In this document: one piece after another, positions 37,876-47,775 of the stretch | Numbering within the stretch: position 1 is the stretch's first letter | Layout of the letters: each line of letters begins with the position of its first letter | From: a virus | Taxonomy: Duplodnaviria > Caudoviricetes | IMG/VR virus record: IMGVR_UViG_3300007151_000001 | Location: 32,352 to 96,351 of that record | Reading direction: 5' to 3' (one strand) | DNA: 64,000 nucleotides | The notes under the pieces: generated by a model | Told to the model about the DNA's origin: nothing | Databases searched by the model: none | What the model saw: the letters and a program-made list of their open reading frames with translations, nothing else | Program-made: the position numbers and the translations under genes

Positions 37876-38357
37876 TCCACGACCGCCATCTGCCATCGCC
37901 GCCGATGCGCCGTCTCTTGCGCCAGCGTCAGGTATCCGCCCCGCGCCAGCCGCTCCAACGACTGCTTGACCTGATGGTAATCCCGGCCATGCGTCGTCAT
38001 CAATGCTTTGATCCCTTTGCGATACCAGCCCGTTGCGTCCGCCTCGTCCCGCAGGGTCGTATAGCACAGCCGGTCCAGTTCCGGCCCGCCGTAGGCGAAT
38101 TCCAGATCCCGCCGCTGTTGCCGGGTCCAGCCCTTGCCGGCCCACACCGTGCCCCGGTACTGCTTACCGAGGATGCGCACCAGCCCCAAGGCGTGACATT
38201 CCCCCCCCGCCCGCGTCGCCGCCGACCGTGCCGCATGTACGCGACGCCCAATCTCGGAGCCGCTGCGCACGACGACCGGCGGATCGGCGTAGGCGAACTC
38301 GCCTTCGAGATATCGCCATACGGCCAGGCCTAGCGGCGATAGACGACGCACCGTCAT
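37872..38357 (-). CDS. Tandem winged-HTH protein (paralogue family)
   Basis: LAVW.YLE, HTH, W.G..W....R..LE linker. Confidence 0.55.
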   Translation of the reverse strand: MTVRRLSPLGLAVWRYLEGEFAYADPPVVVRSGSEIGRRVHAARSAATRAGGECHALGLVRILGKQYRGTVWAGKGWTRQQRRDLEFAYGGPELDRLCYTTLRDEADATGWYRKGIKALMTTHGRDYHQVKQSLERLARGGYLTLAQETAHRRRWQMAVVE

Positions 38358-38848
38358 CCGATGACTCGGATCAGCCACTGGCGTTTCCCCTGCCACTCTT
38401 GGCTTACTTCCAAGCAACCGCGCGCCGCCAGCGCATACAACGCCTTGCGCACGTCGCGATGCCGGGCACAGTGCCTATGCCATAGATAGGCGAAGCCCCG
38501 GCGATACAGACCGTCGTCGTTGCAATGACTGGACACGTGCGCATAGATCTTCCATTCGAGATTAGACCACACATGACGGCGTTCCAATTCTTGCCGTTCC
38601 GCCGCGCTCCACGCGCGGCCCTGCCAATAGACCGCGCGGGGCCGATGGGGGTGCCCCACGACGCGTTTCCGCACAATCCCGGCGCGCTCCAGTTGGGCAC
38701 AGGCCCGAAACGCCGTCGAACGTCGGCAATCTACGGCCTGGGCGATTTGCTGGTAACTGCGTTGCACAAAGGGTCCCGCCGCCGCGGCGAGGGCTGCCTC
38801 CAAGTACTGCCAGACGGCGAGGGTGCTGGGCGAAAAGGGGACGCGCAT
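38354..38848 (-). CDS. Tandem winged-HTH protein (paralogue family)
   Basis: SYQQIAQAVDCRRSTAFRACAQLERAGIV HTH; paralogue of 37872..38357. Confidence 0.6.
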   Translation of the reverse strand: MRVPFSPSTLAVWQYLEAALAAAAGPFVQRSYQQIAQAVDCRRSTAFRACAQLERAGIVRKRVVGHPHRPRAVYWQGRAWSAAERQELERRHVWSNLEWKIYAHVSSHCNDDGLYRRGFAYLWHRHCARHRDVRKALYALAARGCLEVSQEWQGKRQWLIRVIG

Positions 38849-39405
38849 TAATCCAGCGCTACGGTATCCCCGACCGGATACCCCAAGCGGGCCGAGAGCC
38901 TCTGCATCAGTTCCCCTTGCGTGTGCCAGCCGTACTCGATGCCCGCACAGCAGATAATCACGATCTCCGTCGCCCACGGCGGCTGACAAATCCGCAACAA
39001 GGCATAACAGCCGGGTACGGGACACTGGGCTTCGTACACCGGCGGCACCCCTTGCGTCGGTTCGGCTGATGCAGGGGCGACGGTCGCCCAATAGGTGAAT
39101 TCGCCTACCGCCGTCAATGCTTTTTCCTGCGCCTGGGGATCGATACAACGGGCAATCTTGCGGTCGTCGCCCGGCTGCGTATGCCCTACGTAACAGGCGG
39201 CTCGGGTGCGCGCGGCGGCCTTCATAGGGCTTCGACCCAGCCGGATTCGGGAACCTCCAACATGCCGTCGTCGAGTTCGTCCCGCGGCGCGTCTGTATGT
39301 TCCCGCACTGGGATGGGGTTCGGTTCCGAGACCTCTACGGTTTCGTGGGTTTCGTGGGTTTCGTCAGTCATGTCCTGCTCCTGGCGGGGCTGAGTATCGA
39401 GATGG

Positions 39406-40815
39406 TCACGGCTCCAGGACGCGGATCTTGTCTCGCAGTATATCGATCAGGGCCAAGTTCGACCGCGTGGCCTGGGCCAGCAATTCAATCAACTCGAGAT
39501 GGTCGGCCACGGCTGACGCTTTCTCCGGCTGGGCGTCCTGAGGCCTCCATCTCGTTTCCTGATACCGCGTACTACTCAGATTGTACCCGTCGGATTGGGC
39601 GATCTGCCCCCGTGACACTTCCTGCCCATGCTGTAGGGACACCCGCGGGCCGCCGTGGATAGATTGGGTCCACGCGGCGATTTCGTCCCGCACCGCCGGC
39701 AAGTCGTTGGCCGTGACGGGATGGCGGCGGGCGCCCAAATCGAACCCGTCTTGCTCTACCTGGAAGAAACCGATTTGGTCCGTGTGATGCGACAGCCCCA
39801 TATTCAAGAGCAGCACCGACGTCTTGACGCCCGAATAGGGCTGAAATACGCCGCCGGGCAAGGAAATCACCGCCAGCAAGGGACCGTTGACCAACGACTT
39901 GCGCAAAGCGATGTGTCCCTTCTGTCGTGTGAACAGCACGCCCTCGGGCACGATCACGGCGGCGCGTCCGGTCTCCGTCAGATGGCGCGCGATGTATTCC
40001 ACGAACAGCACTTCGCTGCGTTTGGACGTCGCCCGAAAATGGTCATGGGGCCGAATGCCGCCCTTCGGCGACATGAACGGCGGGTTGGCCAGGATCACGT
40101 CCGCCCGTTCGTCCCAGCGGTCCGTGCGGGTCAAAGTATCGTATTCCGCAATCCGCGGTTCCGCCTCGCCGTGCAAGTAGAGGTTCACCCGCGCCAATCG
40201 CACCATGTCCGGCGCAATGTCGTAGCCGCGGACGTCCCCAACGGGATCGCCCCGCACCGTCCCCCCGTCCTTCATGTGCGCCAAGGCGGCCGTCAAAAAG
40301 CCGCCGGTGCCGCAGGCCGGGTCCAAGACTGACTCGCCCATCTGAGGGTCTACGATCTCCACCAACCAATCGATGATGTGCGGCGGCGTGCGAAATTGGC
40401 CCGCTTTGCCTTGGCCCCCGACCCAGGCCAGCAGATGCTCGAACGCGTCGCCCAACTGCTCCGTGTGGGTGCACGGAAATTGATCGATAGCCCCCAAGAA
40501 CAAGTCCGTGGTCTCGGCATCGGCGGTCGGCGGCGAGGCCCCGTGAAACCAGTCTTGGATCACTTCGGGGATCCGCTCGTCCGTGGCCAATTCCTGTAAC
40601 GCATGCGCATAGCGGGCATGGATTTCCGCCGCCGTGCTCGCGGAATGGACGGTATGCCAATAGTAGGCGCTATGCGCGTGATGGCGACCGTCCGCCAACC
40701 ACTTCATCAACAGCGCCGCCGTGATGTGCGTCATCTGCCGCCACGGGTCGGGCACCTTGCCCACCAGCGTATCCCGCGCCCGGTCCAGGCACAGTTTCAT
40801 CGCGTAGTCCAACAT
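39406..40815 (-). CDS. Orphan N6-adenine DNA methyltransferase (HsdM-like)
   Basis: GQFRTP, LDPACGTGGFL (motif I), ANPPF (motif IV), VIVPEGVLF; no hsdS or hsdR in the window. Confidence 0.9.
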   Translation of the reverse strand: MLDYAMKLCLDRARDTLVGKVPDPWRQMTHITAALLMKWLADGRHHAHSAYYWHTVHSASTAAEIHARYAHALQELATDERIPEVIQDWFHGASPPTADAETTDLFLGAIDQFPCTHTEQLGDAFEHLLAWVGGQGKAGQFRTPPHIIDWLVEIVDPQMGESVLDPACGTGGFLTAALAHMKDGGTVRGDPVGDVRGYDIAPDMVRLARVNLYLHGEAEPRIAEYDTLTRTDRWDERADVILANPPFMSPKGGIRPHDHFRATSKRSEVLFVEYIARHLTETGRAAVIVPEGVLFTRQKGHIALRKSLVNGPLLAVISLPGGVFQPYSGVKTSVLLLNMGLSHHTDQIGFFQVEQDGFDLGARRHPVTANDLPAVRDEIAAWTQSIHGGPRVSLQHGQEVSRGQIAQSDGYNLSSTRYQETRWRPQDAQPEKASAVADHLELIELLAQATRSNLALIDILRDKIRVLEP

Positions 40816-41284
40816 ATGAGGTCCTCCTGTGTGAATGCGAACCGCTACTGTGCCATAGGCGCCCTCTGCGCCCACCGTTGCGCAATCTCTGTCGCCGCTT
40901 GCTCACGGCGTTCCCGATTTTCCCAATTCAGGTCCAGCGCCCATCGGCTCGCTTCGCCAGGCGTCATGGCGTCCGCGTGCAGCAGGATCGCCCACCGAAA
41001 GCACGCCGCCACCGTCTCCGGTTCGTCCAAGCGCTCGGCATGCAGGTGATCCAGCCACTGCGCCGTACCTACGGCGGCCAAGTACCCTTCTTTGCCCCAT
41101 AGCATCTGGTACATCGCGGCGTATTCCGGCGGGGCCGCCGGCCCCGGCGCCGCCGCGACCAAATCCTGATAATACCCCTCGGCCCGCTGCAACAAGCGTG
41201 CCCGCTCGCCTTGTCGCATGTCGATTTCGCCTCTGTCTCTCGGGTCCCGCGGCGGTTGCCCCCGTCCTTCCCGCCGGAACTGTC

Positions 41285-41941
41285 CTATTCGAGGCTGCGC
41301 GGCGGTTCGTCCCGCCGGGCCGGCAGTTCCGCCCGTTTCTCCGCATAGAACGCCAGGGCTTGGGCTTCCAGCAACTCCGCCAACCCCGAGATGTCCATTT
41401 CCGCTTGCGGCAACCCCTGGGTCAACGTGAACACTGCCAGCACGCCGTTCGTGCGTGTCAGCCCACGACTCCACTCCTGGACGTCCTCCCAGGTGAAGCC
41501 CCCTGGAATATGCGCCGGCTCTTCCGGCTGCTCAATCCACCGCTCCAAATCTTCCGCCAAGCCGACGTCAGTCATCCCCAGCGCCACGACCTGCTTCTTC
41601 GGCACGCGCTGCAACGCATTCCGCAACGCCCGCTGTTCCACATGCCGCCGCAACGTCACTTCCTCCGGGTGGTCGGGATGCGGAACGGCAATCAACCCTT
41701 GACCCTCATACCCCTTGGGGTGGGCCTTCCGCCCACAGGCTACCGAAATCGTGAAACACCCCCACTCGTCCTCGGCGTCCGGAATCGCTACGGCCGTCGT
41801 CGCCAACAGCCAAAGCACGTCCACCCGGACCCTCTTTTTGCGCAGGCTCGGACTCGACGTCATGCCGTAGAGGAGCGGACGCCTCTGCTTCGTCTGCTTC
41901 GTCTTGCGCTTCTGCTTCGCTTTCTTGCCCTTCTTGCCCAT
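41285..41941 (-). CDS. Hypothetical protein with a Lys-rich N-terminus
   Basis: AAGGAG RBS; 218 aa. Confidence 0.6.
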   Translation of the reverse strand: MGKKGKKAKQKRKTKQTKQRRPLLYGMTSSPSLRKKRVRVDVLWLLATTAVAIPDAEDEWGCFTISVACGRKAHPKGYEGQGLIAVPHPDHPEEVTLRRHVEQRALRNALQRVPKKQVVALGMTDVGLAEDLERWIEQPEEPAHIPGGFTWEDVQEWSRGLTRTNGVLAVFTLTQGLPQAEMDISGLAELLEAQALAFYAEKRAELPARRDEPPRSLE

Positions 41942-41951
41942 ATGCCGCTCC

Positions 41952-42557
41952 TTACTCCTGTTCCGACAATCGATTATGCCACATCGCTATCTCCTGCATC
42001 GTCCGCCGCCGCATCGCCGCGTCCGGGCTGTCCAACCCGAATTGTAACCGCTGCACCCGCCCTACCGGCGTGCCCGCCTTGCGCAACGCCTGCAGTTGGT
42101 CCGCGGGACGGGGACCCTCCAACAGCGCCAAGTACCCCTGCAGTTCCGCTTTTGCGGCCCGTTGCCGCCCCGGATACCGCCGGTCTGCCGCTTGGAATTC
42201 CGCCGCCAACAGCCGCGGGATCAAATCCGCCCGGCCCGCTTGATGCGCCCGCGCTTCGAGGTCGCGGCCCCGCGGCGGGGCCGGCGGCGGGACGGGTTCG
42301 GGAACCGGGGCCGCGGCCGGCGGCGCCTGTTCCAGGGCTTCTACTTCCGCTTGCTGCGCCGTCAGTTCCTTGCGACCACGTTCCCTGTCATGGGCCGTCT
42401 TGCCGTTTCCCAGCAACCACCCGCTTTGCGCTATGCGCGCCCGTAACCCTCTGGCACCCAACGCATCCGCCCTGGCATGTAAGGTCGATACTGCCGGCTC
42501 GCATGCGGTTCGTATTGGTTCATCTGTCACCTCTGCATCAGTCTCCTCGGATTGCAC
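41952..42557 (-). CDS. Hypothetical protein
   Basis: Coupled ORF downstream of the VapE-like gene. Confidence 0.45.
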   Translation of the reverse strand: MQSEETDAEVTDEPIRTACEPAVSTLHARADALGARGLRARIAQSGWLLGNGKTAHDRERGRKELTAQQAEVEALEQAPPAAAPVPEPVPPPAPPRGRDLEARAHQAGRADLIPRLLAAEFQAADRRYPGRQRAAKAELQGYLALLEGPRPADQLQALRKAGTPVGRVQRLQFGLDSPDAAMRRRTMQEIAMWHNRLSEQE

Positions 42558-43630
42558 TACAAACTCAACACTGAATCCCTGCGCGCCTGAACAACGCCTT
42601 GCTCTAATCGGCTACGCCACCATGCTGCACTATCTATGCCGTTCTGAAACAGATACCACGCGGCAGACCATAAGCGATCTCGGTGTAGGCTTAACCAATC
42701 TCCCATGTGTGCTGAACAGTCCCCCAGCCACACGACAAACCAGCGATCCCCCCAATGCGAAAAATGCAAATCATCTAGAGGGGGGCGTGCGTGGCATGTA
42801 GCCAAAATAATGTATGTCTTTTCGTACTGCACCATGCGATTGCCGGCGAAATGCCCTCCCAGCCCCCACTCGTTTTCCAGCCAAGTATAATTGTCCCAGA
42901 TTTTCTTGGACCCAAAAATCGGGGACTTGAGATGGGCAAACATACAGCCGCGGGTCACACGATAATTAGTAGCGAGCGCATTGGTCACTTTGCATTGATC
43001 CGTATACAGATACGCAAGGTGCGGCGGCAGCAACTCTCTTGCCAAAGCGCTCAGACTCGCAGCCGTACCAAGATCCCCGCCCGCTAACACAGGCGTTCCC
43101 CGCCAAATGAGATGTTCCTTTTGGTTGGGACGCTTGAACATACTTGAAATGGCCCCCAACAAGATATGCTGACTTGCCCCTTGAGCCATCAGCACATTGT
43201 TTTGCCCTTGCACGTGAAACGGAACCAACAACAATTCATATATCGTATTCTCTGCTTCTTCTCTGTTACGCCATGTGTACTGTGATGCAACATCTTCCAG
43301 ATATTCCTTTAGAGGATCGACCTTTGACATTCCGTTAGAAACAAGATGTTCCCAAGCACTTTGGCTAAGTTGATATCGCCTACCGCCGAACTCGTTTCGC
43401 CACTTTTTCAAACAGGGCAACCAGAAATTCCGCCATACGTCACGGGGCACCCGCGGCCACGGATCTACGCTTTCTGCGGGCGCATACCTTTCCCAACAAC
43501 ATGACCCACTCTTTCCCAGTAGGGCCTCGGCCCTGACGTTATACCTGACAAGAACATCGTTTTGCTGACACAAACGCGCAAATAGCGCATTGCATAACGT
43601 AACGTCCGACACGTCGTCCGGCAAGGTCAT
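42557..43630 (-). CDS. Divergent VapE/VirE-like protein lacking a clear Walker A motif
   Basis: VRYN, DPLKEYLE....W, GDRWF and RDRLWS.A segments resemble VapE; visibly lower GC than the flanks. Confidence 0.4.
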   Translation of the reverse strand: MTLPDDVSDVTLCNALFARLCQQNDVLVRYNVRAEALLGKSGSCCWERYAPAESVDPWPRVPRDVWRNFWLPCLKKWRNEFGGRRYQLSQSAWEHLVSNGMSKVDPLKEYLEDVASQYTWRNREEAENTIYELLLVPFHVQGQNNVLMAQGASQHILLGAISSMFKRPNQKEHLIWRGTPVLAGGDLGTAASLSALARELLPPHLAYLYTDQCKVTNALATNYRVTRGCMFAHLKSPIFGSKKIWDNYTWLENEWGLGGHFAGNRMVQYEKTYIILATCHARPPLDDLHFSHWGDRWFVVWLGDCSAHMGDWLSLHRDRLWSAAWYLFQNGIDSAAWWRSRLEQGVVQARRDSVLSL

Positions 43631-43968
43631 GCAGCACTCACTCCCAATTCCTCCCAGTCGTCTTCGTCCTCACTCTCTCGATACGCATCGGGAATCATGG
43701 CTACCCATGCCCCCACGCCGTCCAACGTCCGCGCCAAACTCCGCATCAAGGTTCCCGCCGTAACTACCCCCTTGCTGCGCATCGTCGCCGCCTCATATCC
43801 CTCGTCGGCTTCTTCCATGATGCTGTCACGCAGAAACTTCTGAAAGCCGGGGAACGTATAAGCATCGTCGCGGATGTGCTCGCTGAACTCGGCAAATAGC
43901 CGACATTCAGCCTCAGTCACGATGGCGGGACGTCCCGCTTTTTCCCATTTCTGCTTGGCCGTACTCAT
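43627..43968 (-). CDS. Hypothetical acidic protein
   Basis: GGAGG RBS before MSTAKQKW. Confidence 0.55.
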   Translation of the reverse strand: MSTAKQKWEKAGRPAIVTEAECRLFAEFSEHIRDDAYTFPGFQKFLRDSIMEEADEGYEAATMRSKGVVTAGTLMRSLARTLDGVGAWVAMIPDAYRESEDEDDWEELGVSAA

Positions 43969-44008
43969 CGGTGTTTCCTCCCTGATATGGATCAACGGTC
44001 GCTGACTA

Positions 44009-46693
44009 TCAGAACGGCGCCTCCCACGCCTCGTCTTCTGCGTCATCCGTCAGTGATGCTTGCAAGATGTCCGTTTCTTTCTTGCACCAGCACCATTGCG
44101 ACTTCTTCTGGTAGTACTTCTTGACGTTCTCGAACCCGGCGTCCTGCATGTAATTGGTGAAGGCGCCGGGCGTGGGTTGGACGGACTCGTAGTCTTCCAT
44201 TTCTTGGGACAGCAACGCTTCGATTTCCGTCTTCGGCTTGCCGTCGATCAGGTCTTCCAACGTCTTCAAGGCGGCCCGGATCGGGTCTTGCACTTCTAGG
44301 GCTTTGTCCGCCGCCTCGAGAAATTCTTGCGGAATCGGCGGCGGTTCGTGGTTATACGCCCGCCATGCGCACCATACCAGCCAATGCACGATCTGCTTGA
44401 GCAGTTCCGGTTCCCCGCCTTCTTGGATTTTCCGTATCCGGTCGATCAGCGTCTTGTTGCCCCGCTTTCGCTTGGCAATCTGGGATGGCGCCATCTTCCG
44501 GTTCCAGTCGATAGTCAGTTGTCGTACTTCCACCCCTTCGTCCATGTCCTTGATCTCGAACCGGGCATTGCCCGTAATGAAGAGCAACCCCAAGAACGGC
44601 GCTTCGAACGTGTCCTTGTATTTGGTGGCCACCGACAGACTGGTGCGGCTGGTAATCTGCTTGAGCTGGTCCACGTCCACGCGGACCTTCTTCACGTCGT
44701 CGATGAGCATCAATGCCGCGTCCCGCTGCAACGCCTTGTACAGATCCGGGTAATTTTCGCTGTCGTTGTACTCGAGGGTCTTGCGGCTGGCCATAATCCC
44801 CAAATGCCCGAGGGCCGCCAGCACCGCATGCGGCAACGTGGTTTTGCCGCTGTCGGCCAACCCGACTACTTGCACATAGACCTTCATAATCTGTTTGCAC
44901 AGCCCGGCCCCGAAAAGGTACTCGAAGGTCCGCCGCACTGCCGGGATATGCATCAATTCGTCCAACACCTCTTGCCACTCGCGCAAACGCCCGTCCGGTC
45001 CCGGCAACCCCTCTTCGGGGGGAATGGCCAACTCTTCGTTCGTCAAGGGCAACGCCAAGCACCCCGTCGGAAAATGGCGGGTCGGGTCGAATTCCTCTAC
45101 GCGTAACGTCTTGTTGCGCAAGTCCACGATGCCGTTGGGCAAAGGCACGCACCAATCCGCCCGCCGCGGCGGATATTCGTTTTGGAAATGCGCTTCCAAA
45201 TGCCCGCGCAACACCACCTGTTCCGACCCTTTCGCCGTAGTTCCCAACCCATACACGGACCGTTCTTTGGGGATTTCATCGCCGTCCTTGCCTTCCCGCT
45301 TGGACTCGACATAGGACAGCGTGCCGGCATTTTGGGCATCTAACGCTTGCTTCAACGCCGGCATATATTCCATTTTGATGGCTGTCCATACCTGTTCCCA
45401 GGTCCCCTCTTCCCAATAGGATCGCCGCCGCCATGCGTCGTCTTCGTCCTTATATAATGCCCCGGCAATCCACCACTGGGCATCTTGTGCGCCCCGCCCC
45501 TGACATCGCCATCGCCCCCGAAAGAAGGTGGCGATGTCGACTGCCAGCACTGCCATCGGATTGTGCCCCCATTGATCCCAAGCCGGCGGATGCGTCGAGA
45601 CCAAGCACTCCGGGAATTTGCGGGTCTGCGCCTCGCCCGACGCGGCTTTCCGTGGCTTCGGCGCCGCCCGCTCCGTCTGCCGCAATTGGGGATCGTAGGG
45701 GATCGCGGCCTCGGCCCAAGCCTCGAGGGTCTGCCGCCGCACTGCGGGGTCCAAGACGTCGGCGATGTCGTTGGGATCGGCCCCAGCAGGACGCAAACTG
45801 ACTCGCACTAAAGCCGGGGCGCATTCGGCCAACAGCCGCTCTGCCAAATCCTCGGCGCAAGTCCGCCCAGCACCATCGGCATCCGCAAACACCGTGTGCT
45901 GCAAGCCCGCCGGCACAGGAGCCAGGTCTTGCTGACCTACGAATTTCGCGCCGCCTTGGATCGTAGTAACGAAATCGATACCCGCCAGCCGTAATACGCG
46001 GACGGCATCCACGCAGGTTTCCCCCTCGAACCAACAGACATGAGCGCCCGGCGGCAACTTCTGCAGTCTATGGATGTCGTAAGGGTAGTACGGCTGCCGA
46101 CCGCCGCGCCCGATAAACCATTGGTCACGGCCCGGCTCGTGCGCGTGGAACTGACGGCTTTCGGTCTTGGGTTCGCCGTTCTTTTTCAAGACCGGTTGCT
46201 TTTCGGCGTCTCGCCGGGCATAGCGAATGAATGCCACATAGGGGTGCCCGGCAGGATTGTGATAGAAGTGCGCGCCCAAGGGATAGCGCTGCTCTAGGTC
46301 CTGCCGCCGGCGCGGCCGTTCGTCGGGCGCTTTCTTCCGGCCACGCCCCCGGCTGTGCGCTGGGGGCGGCGGAGTCAAGCCCGTGATGTCCCAGGCGCCG
46401 CGCCAACGCTCTTGCCAAGTACAGCCGCCGCTGCTTTCGGTGAAACAGTTGAGCCAGTAGCGACCCTCGTATTCCGTCAGACTGCACGAAGCATGATCGT
46501 CCGGATGGCTGGGGTCCGTACACGACCCCGCATATCCTCGGCCGGACTGCTGGTAGCCCAAGGCTTCCGCCAAGCGTGCGAGGCTCCAGCCGTGGAATTC
46601 CCGAATGGCACGCTCGTAATTGAGACTGCCGTCGGGCAAATAGCAGTTCGGGTTAGTGGCCGATGATGGTGGGGGTTGCGGGGTAGGGGGCAC
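44009..46693 (-). CDS. Primase-helicase: Zn-binding domain + TOPRIM + D5/P4-like SF3 helicase
   Basis: C....H.D..AS...NCF....C, FEGE..V, DAD.AG, NGIVDL and GLADSGKTT Walker A. Confidence 0.85.
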   Translation of the reverse strand: MPPTPQPPPSSATNPNCYLPDGSLNYERAIREFHGWSLARLAEALGYQQSGRGYAGSCTDPSHPDDHASCSLTEYEGRYWLNCFTESSGGCTWQERWRGAWDITGLTPPPPAHSRGRGRKKAPDERPRRRQDLEQRYPLGAHFYHNPAGHPYVAFIRYARRDAEKQPVLKKNGEPKTESRQFHAHEPGRDQWFIGRGGRQPYYPYDIHRLQKLPPGAHVCWFEGETCVDAVRVLRLAGIDFVTTIQGGAKFVGQQDLAPVPAGLQHTVFADADGAGRTCAEDLAERLLAECAPALVRVSLRPAGADPNDIADVLDPAVRRQTLEAWAEAAIPYDPQLRQTERAAPKPRKAASGEAQTRKFPECLVSTHPPAWDQWGHNPMAVLAVDIATFFRGRWRCQGRGAQDAQWWIAGALYKDEDDAWRRRSYWEEGTWEQVWTAIKMEYMPALKQALDAQNAGTLSYVESKREGKDGDEIPKERSVYGLGTTAKGSEQVVLRGHLEAHFQNEYPPRRADWCVPLPNGIVDLRNKTLRVEEFDPTRHFPTGCLALPLTNEELAIPPEEGLPGPDGRLREWQEVLDELMHIPAVRRTFEYLFGAGLCKQIMKVYVQVVGLADSGKTTLPHAVLAALGHLGIMASRKTLEYNDSENYPDLYKALQRDAALMLIDDVKKVRVDVDQLKQITSRTSLSVATKYKDTFEAPFLGLLFITGNARFEIKDMDEGVEVRQLTIDWNRKMAPSQIAKRKRGNKTLIDRIRKIQEGGEPELLKQIVHWLVWCAWRAYNHEPPPIPQEFLEAADKALEVQDPIRAALKTLEDLIDGKPKTEIEALLSQEMEDYESVQPTPGAFTNYMQDAGFENVKKYYQKKSQWCWCKKETDILQASLTDDAEDEAWEAPF

Positions 46694-46825
46694 GTAAGTG
46701 TCTCATCGTATTAGACCTGAACGACACAGTCCTTTCGCAGATTCACATGAGGCGGCGGAAGGACATGACCCCTTCCGCCGAGTGCCTCACGCGGTCCAAT
46801 ACGAAGGGTTTGTGCCTTCGTTTCC

Positions 46826-46836
46826 ATTATACCACA
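46826..46836 (-). promoter_or_regulatory. Extended -10 promoter upstream of the primase
   Basis: TGTGGTATAAT. Confidence 0.55.
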
Positions 46837-46876
46837 GAACCCAAACGACCGCCGGGTTGGACCGTCGCGGCATGCC

Positions 46877-47279
46877 TTGACATTCCTTGACATCTCGCCC
46901 GATTTCCTTGACATCTTGGCCGAAATCCTTGACATTCCCTTGACATCTCGGCCTGTTATGTCAACCAAGATGTCAAGGATTTTTCCGAGTCGTCCCGGAC
47001 GGGCCTTGACATCTCTTGACATGACAGTTGACATAACAGGCAAGATGTCAAGAGATGTCAAGAACATGTCAAGAACTTTTCCACAATAAAAAAATCGATT
47101 TCCCTCTTATTTGCGGAAAGTTTCTTGGTTTCCTTGACATCTTGACATCTTTTTTCACTCCCTCAACCCTGAGAAAAAAAAAGAGTGCAACGTGGAGGAA
47201 AAGTAACTTTTTGGACACGTTGCAGGTGTTTTTTGGCTACTAGGTAGGGGGGAAGCCCGAATCATGTCAAGGATGTCAA
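46877..47279. repeat. Iteron cluster, putative replication origin
   Basis: 17 copies of TTGACAT/ATGTCAA in both orientations around A/T tracts; 14-bp inverted repeat CCTGTTATGTCAAC; located at the strand switch next to the primase-helicase. Confidence 0.8.
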
Positions 47280-47413
47280 GGACCGCGCCGCATGCGGAGG
47301 GCGGCGGCGGTTCGGGTATAATGTCGATAATCCCACAGTGGCCGGGCATTCGTTTTCTTCTCTGCCAGGGTGTCCGGCCGCTGTGGGGGACTATCCACGC
47401 AGGAGGCGACCTG

Positions 47414-47758
47414 ATGCAACTGCCGCTGTTTCCGCCTAAGCCCCCGCCGCCGACCGAGGGGTACGAGCCGCCGGACGAAGAGCCGGCGGGCGAGTACGAA
47501 GCTTGGTGCGACGAGATGGACGCTGACGGCTTGGTGATTGCCGGGGTCTTAGCTCGATTGGCGTTGGACGCGGCGGTCCAAGCCGACGGTCTGACGATGA
47601 CGCAACTGGAAACCGCGGTCGCGGAACAATTCGGGGCGCCGGAACCGGAAGCAGACGAACCCGGCCATTACTGTATGATGAGGCGCACTCATATCGGGCG
47701 TGTGATGCACGGCATGGGCTGGCAAGTGGCGGGAGAGCGGTATCGGCCGCGCTGGTGA
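47414..47758 (+). CDS. Small acidic protein starting with a clamp-binding-like motif QLPLF
   Basis: AGGAGG RBS; MQLPLF N-terminus. Confidence 0.6.
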   Translation: MQLPLFPPKPPPPTEGYEPPDEEPAGEYEAWCDEMDADGLVIAGVLARLALDAAVQADGLTMTQLETAVAEQFGAPEPEADEPGHYCMMRRTHIGRVMHGMGWQVAGERYRPRW

Positions 47759-47775
47759 GCGCAAGGAGCATGACC

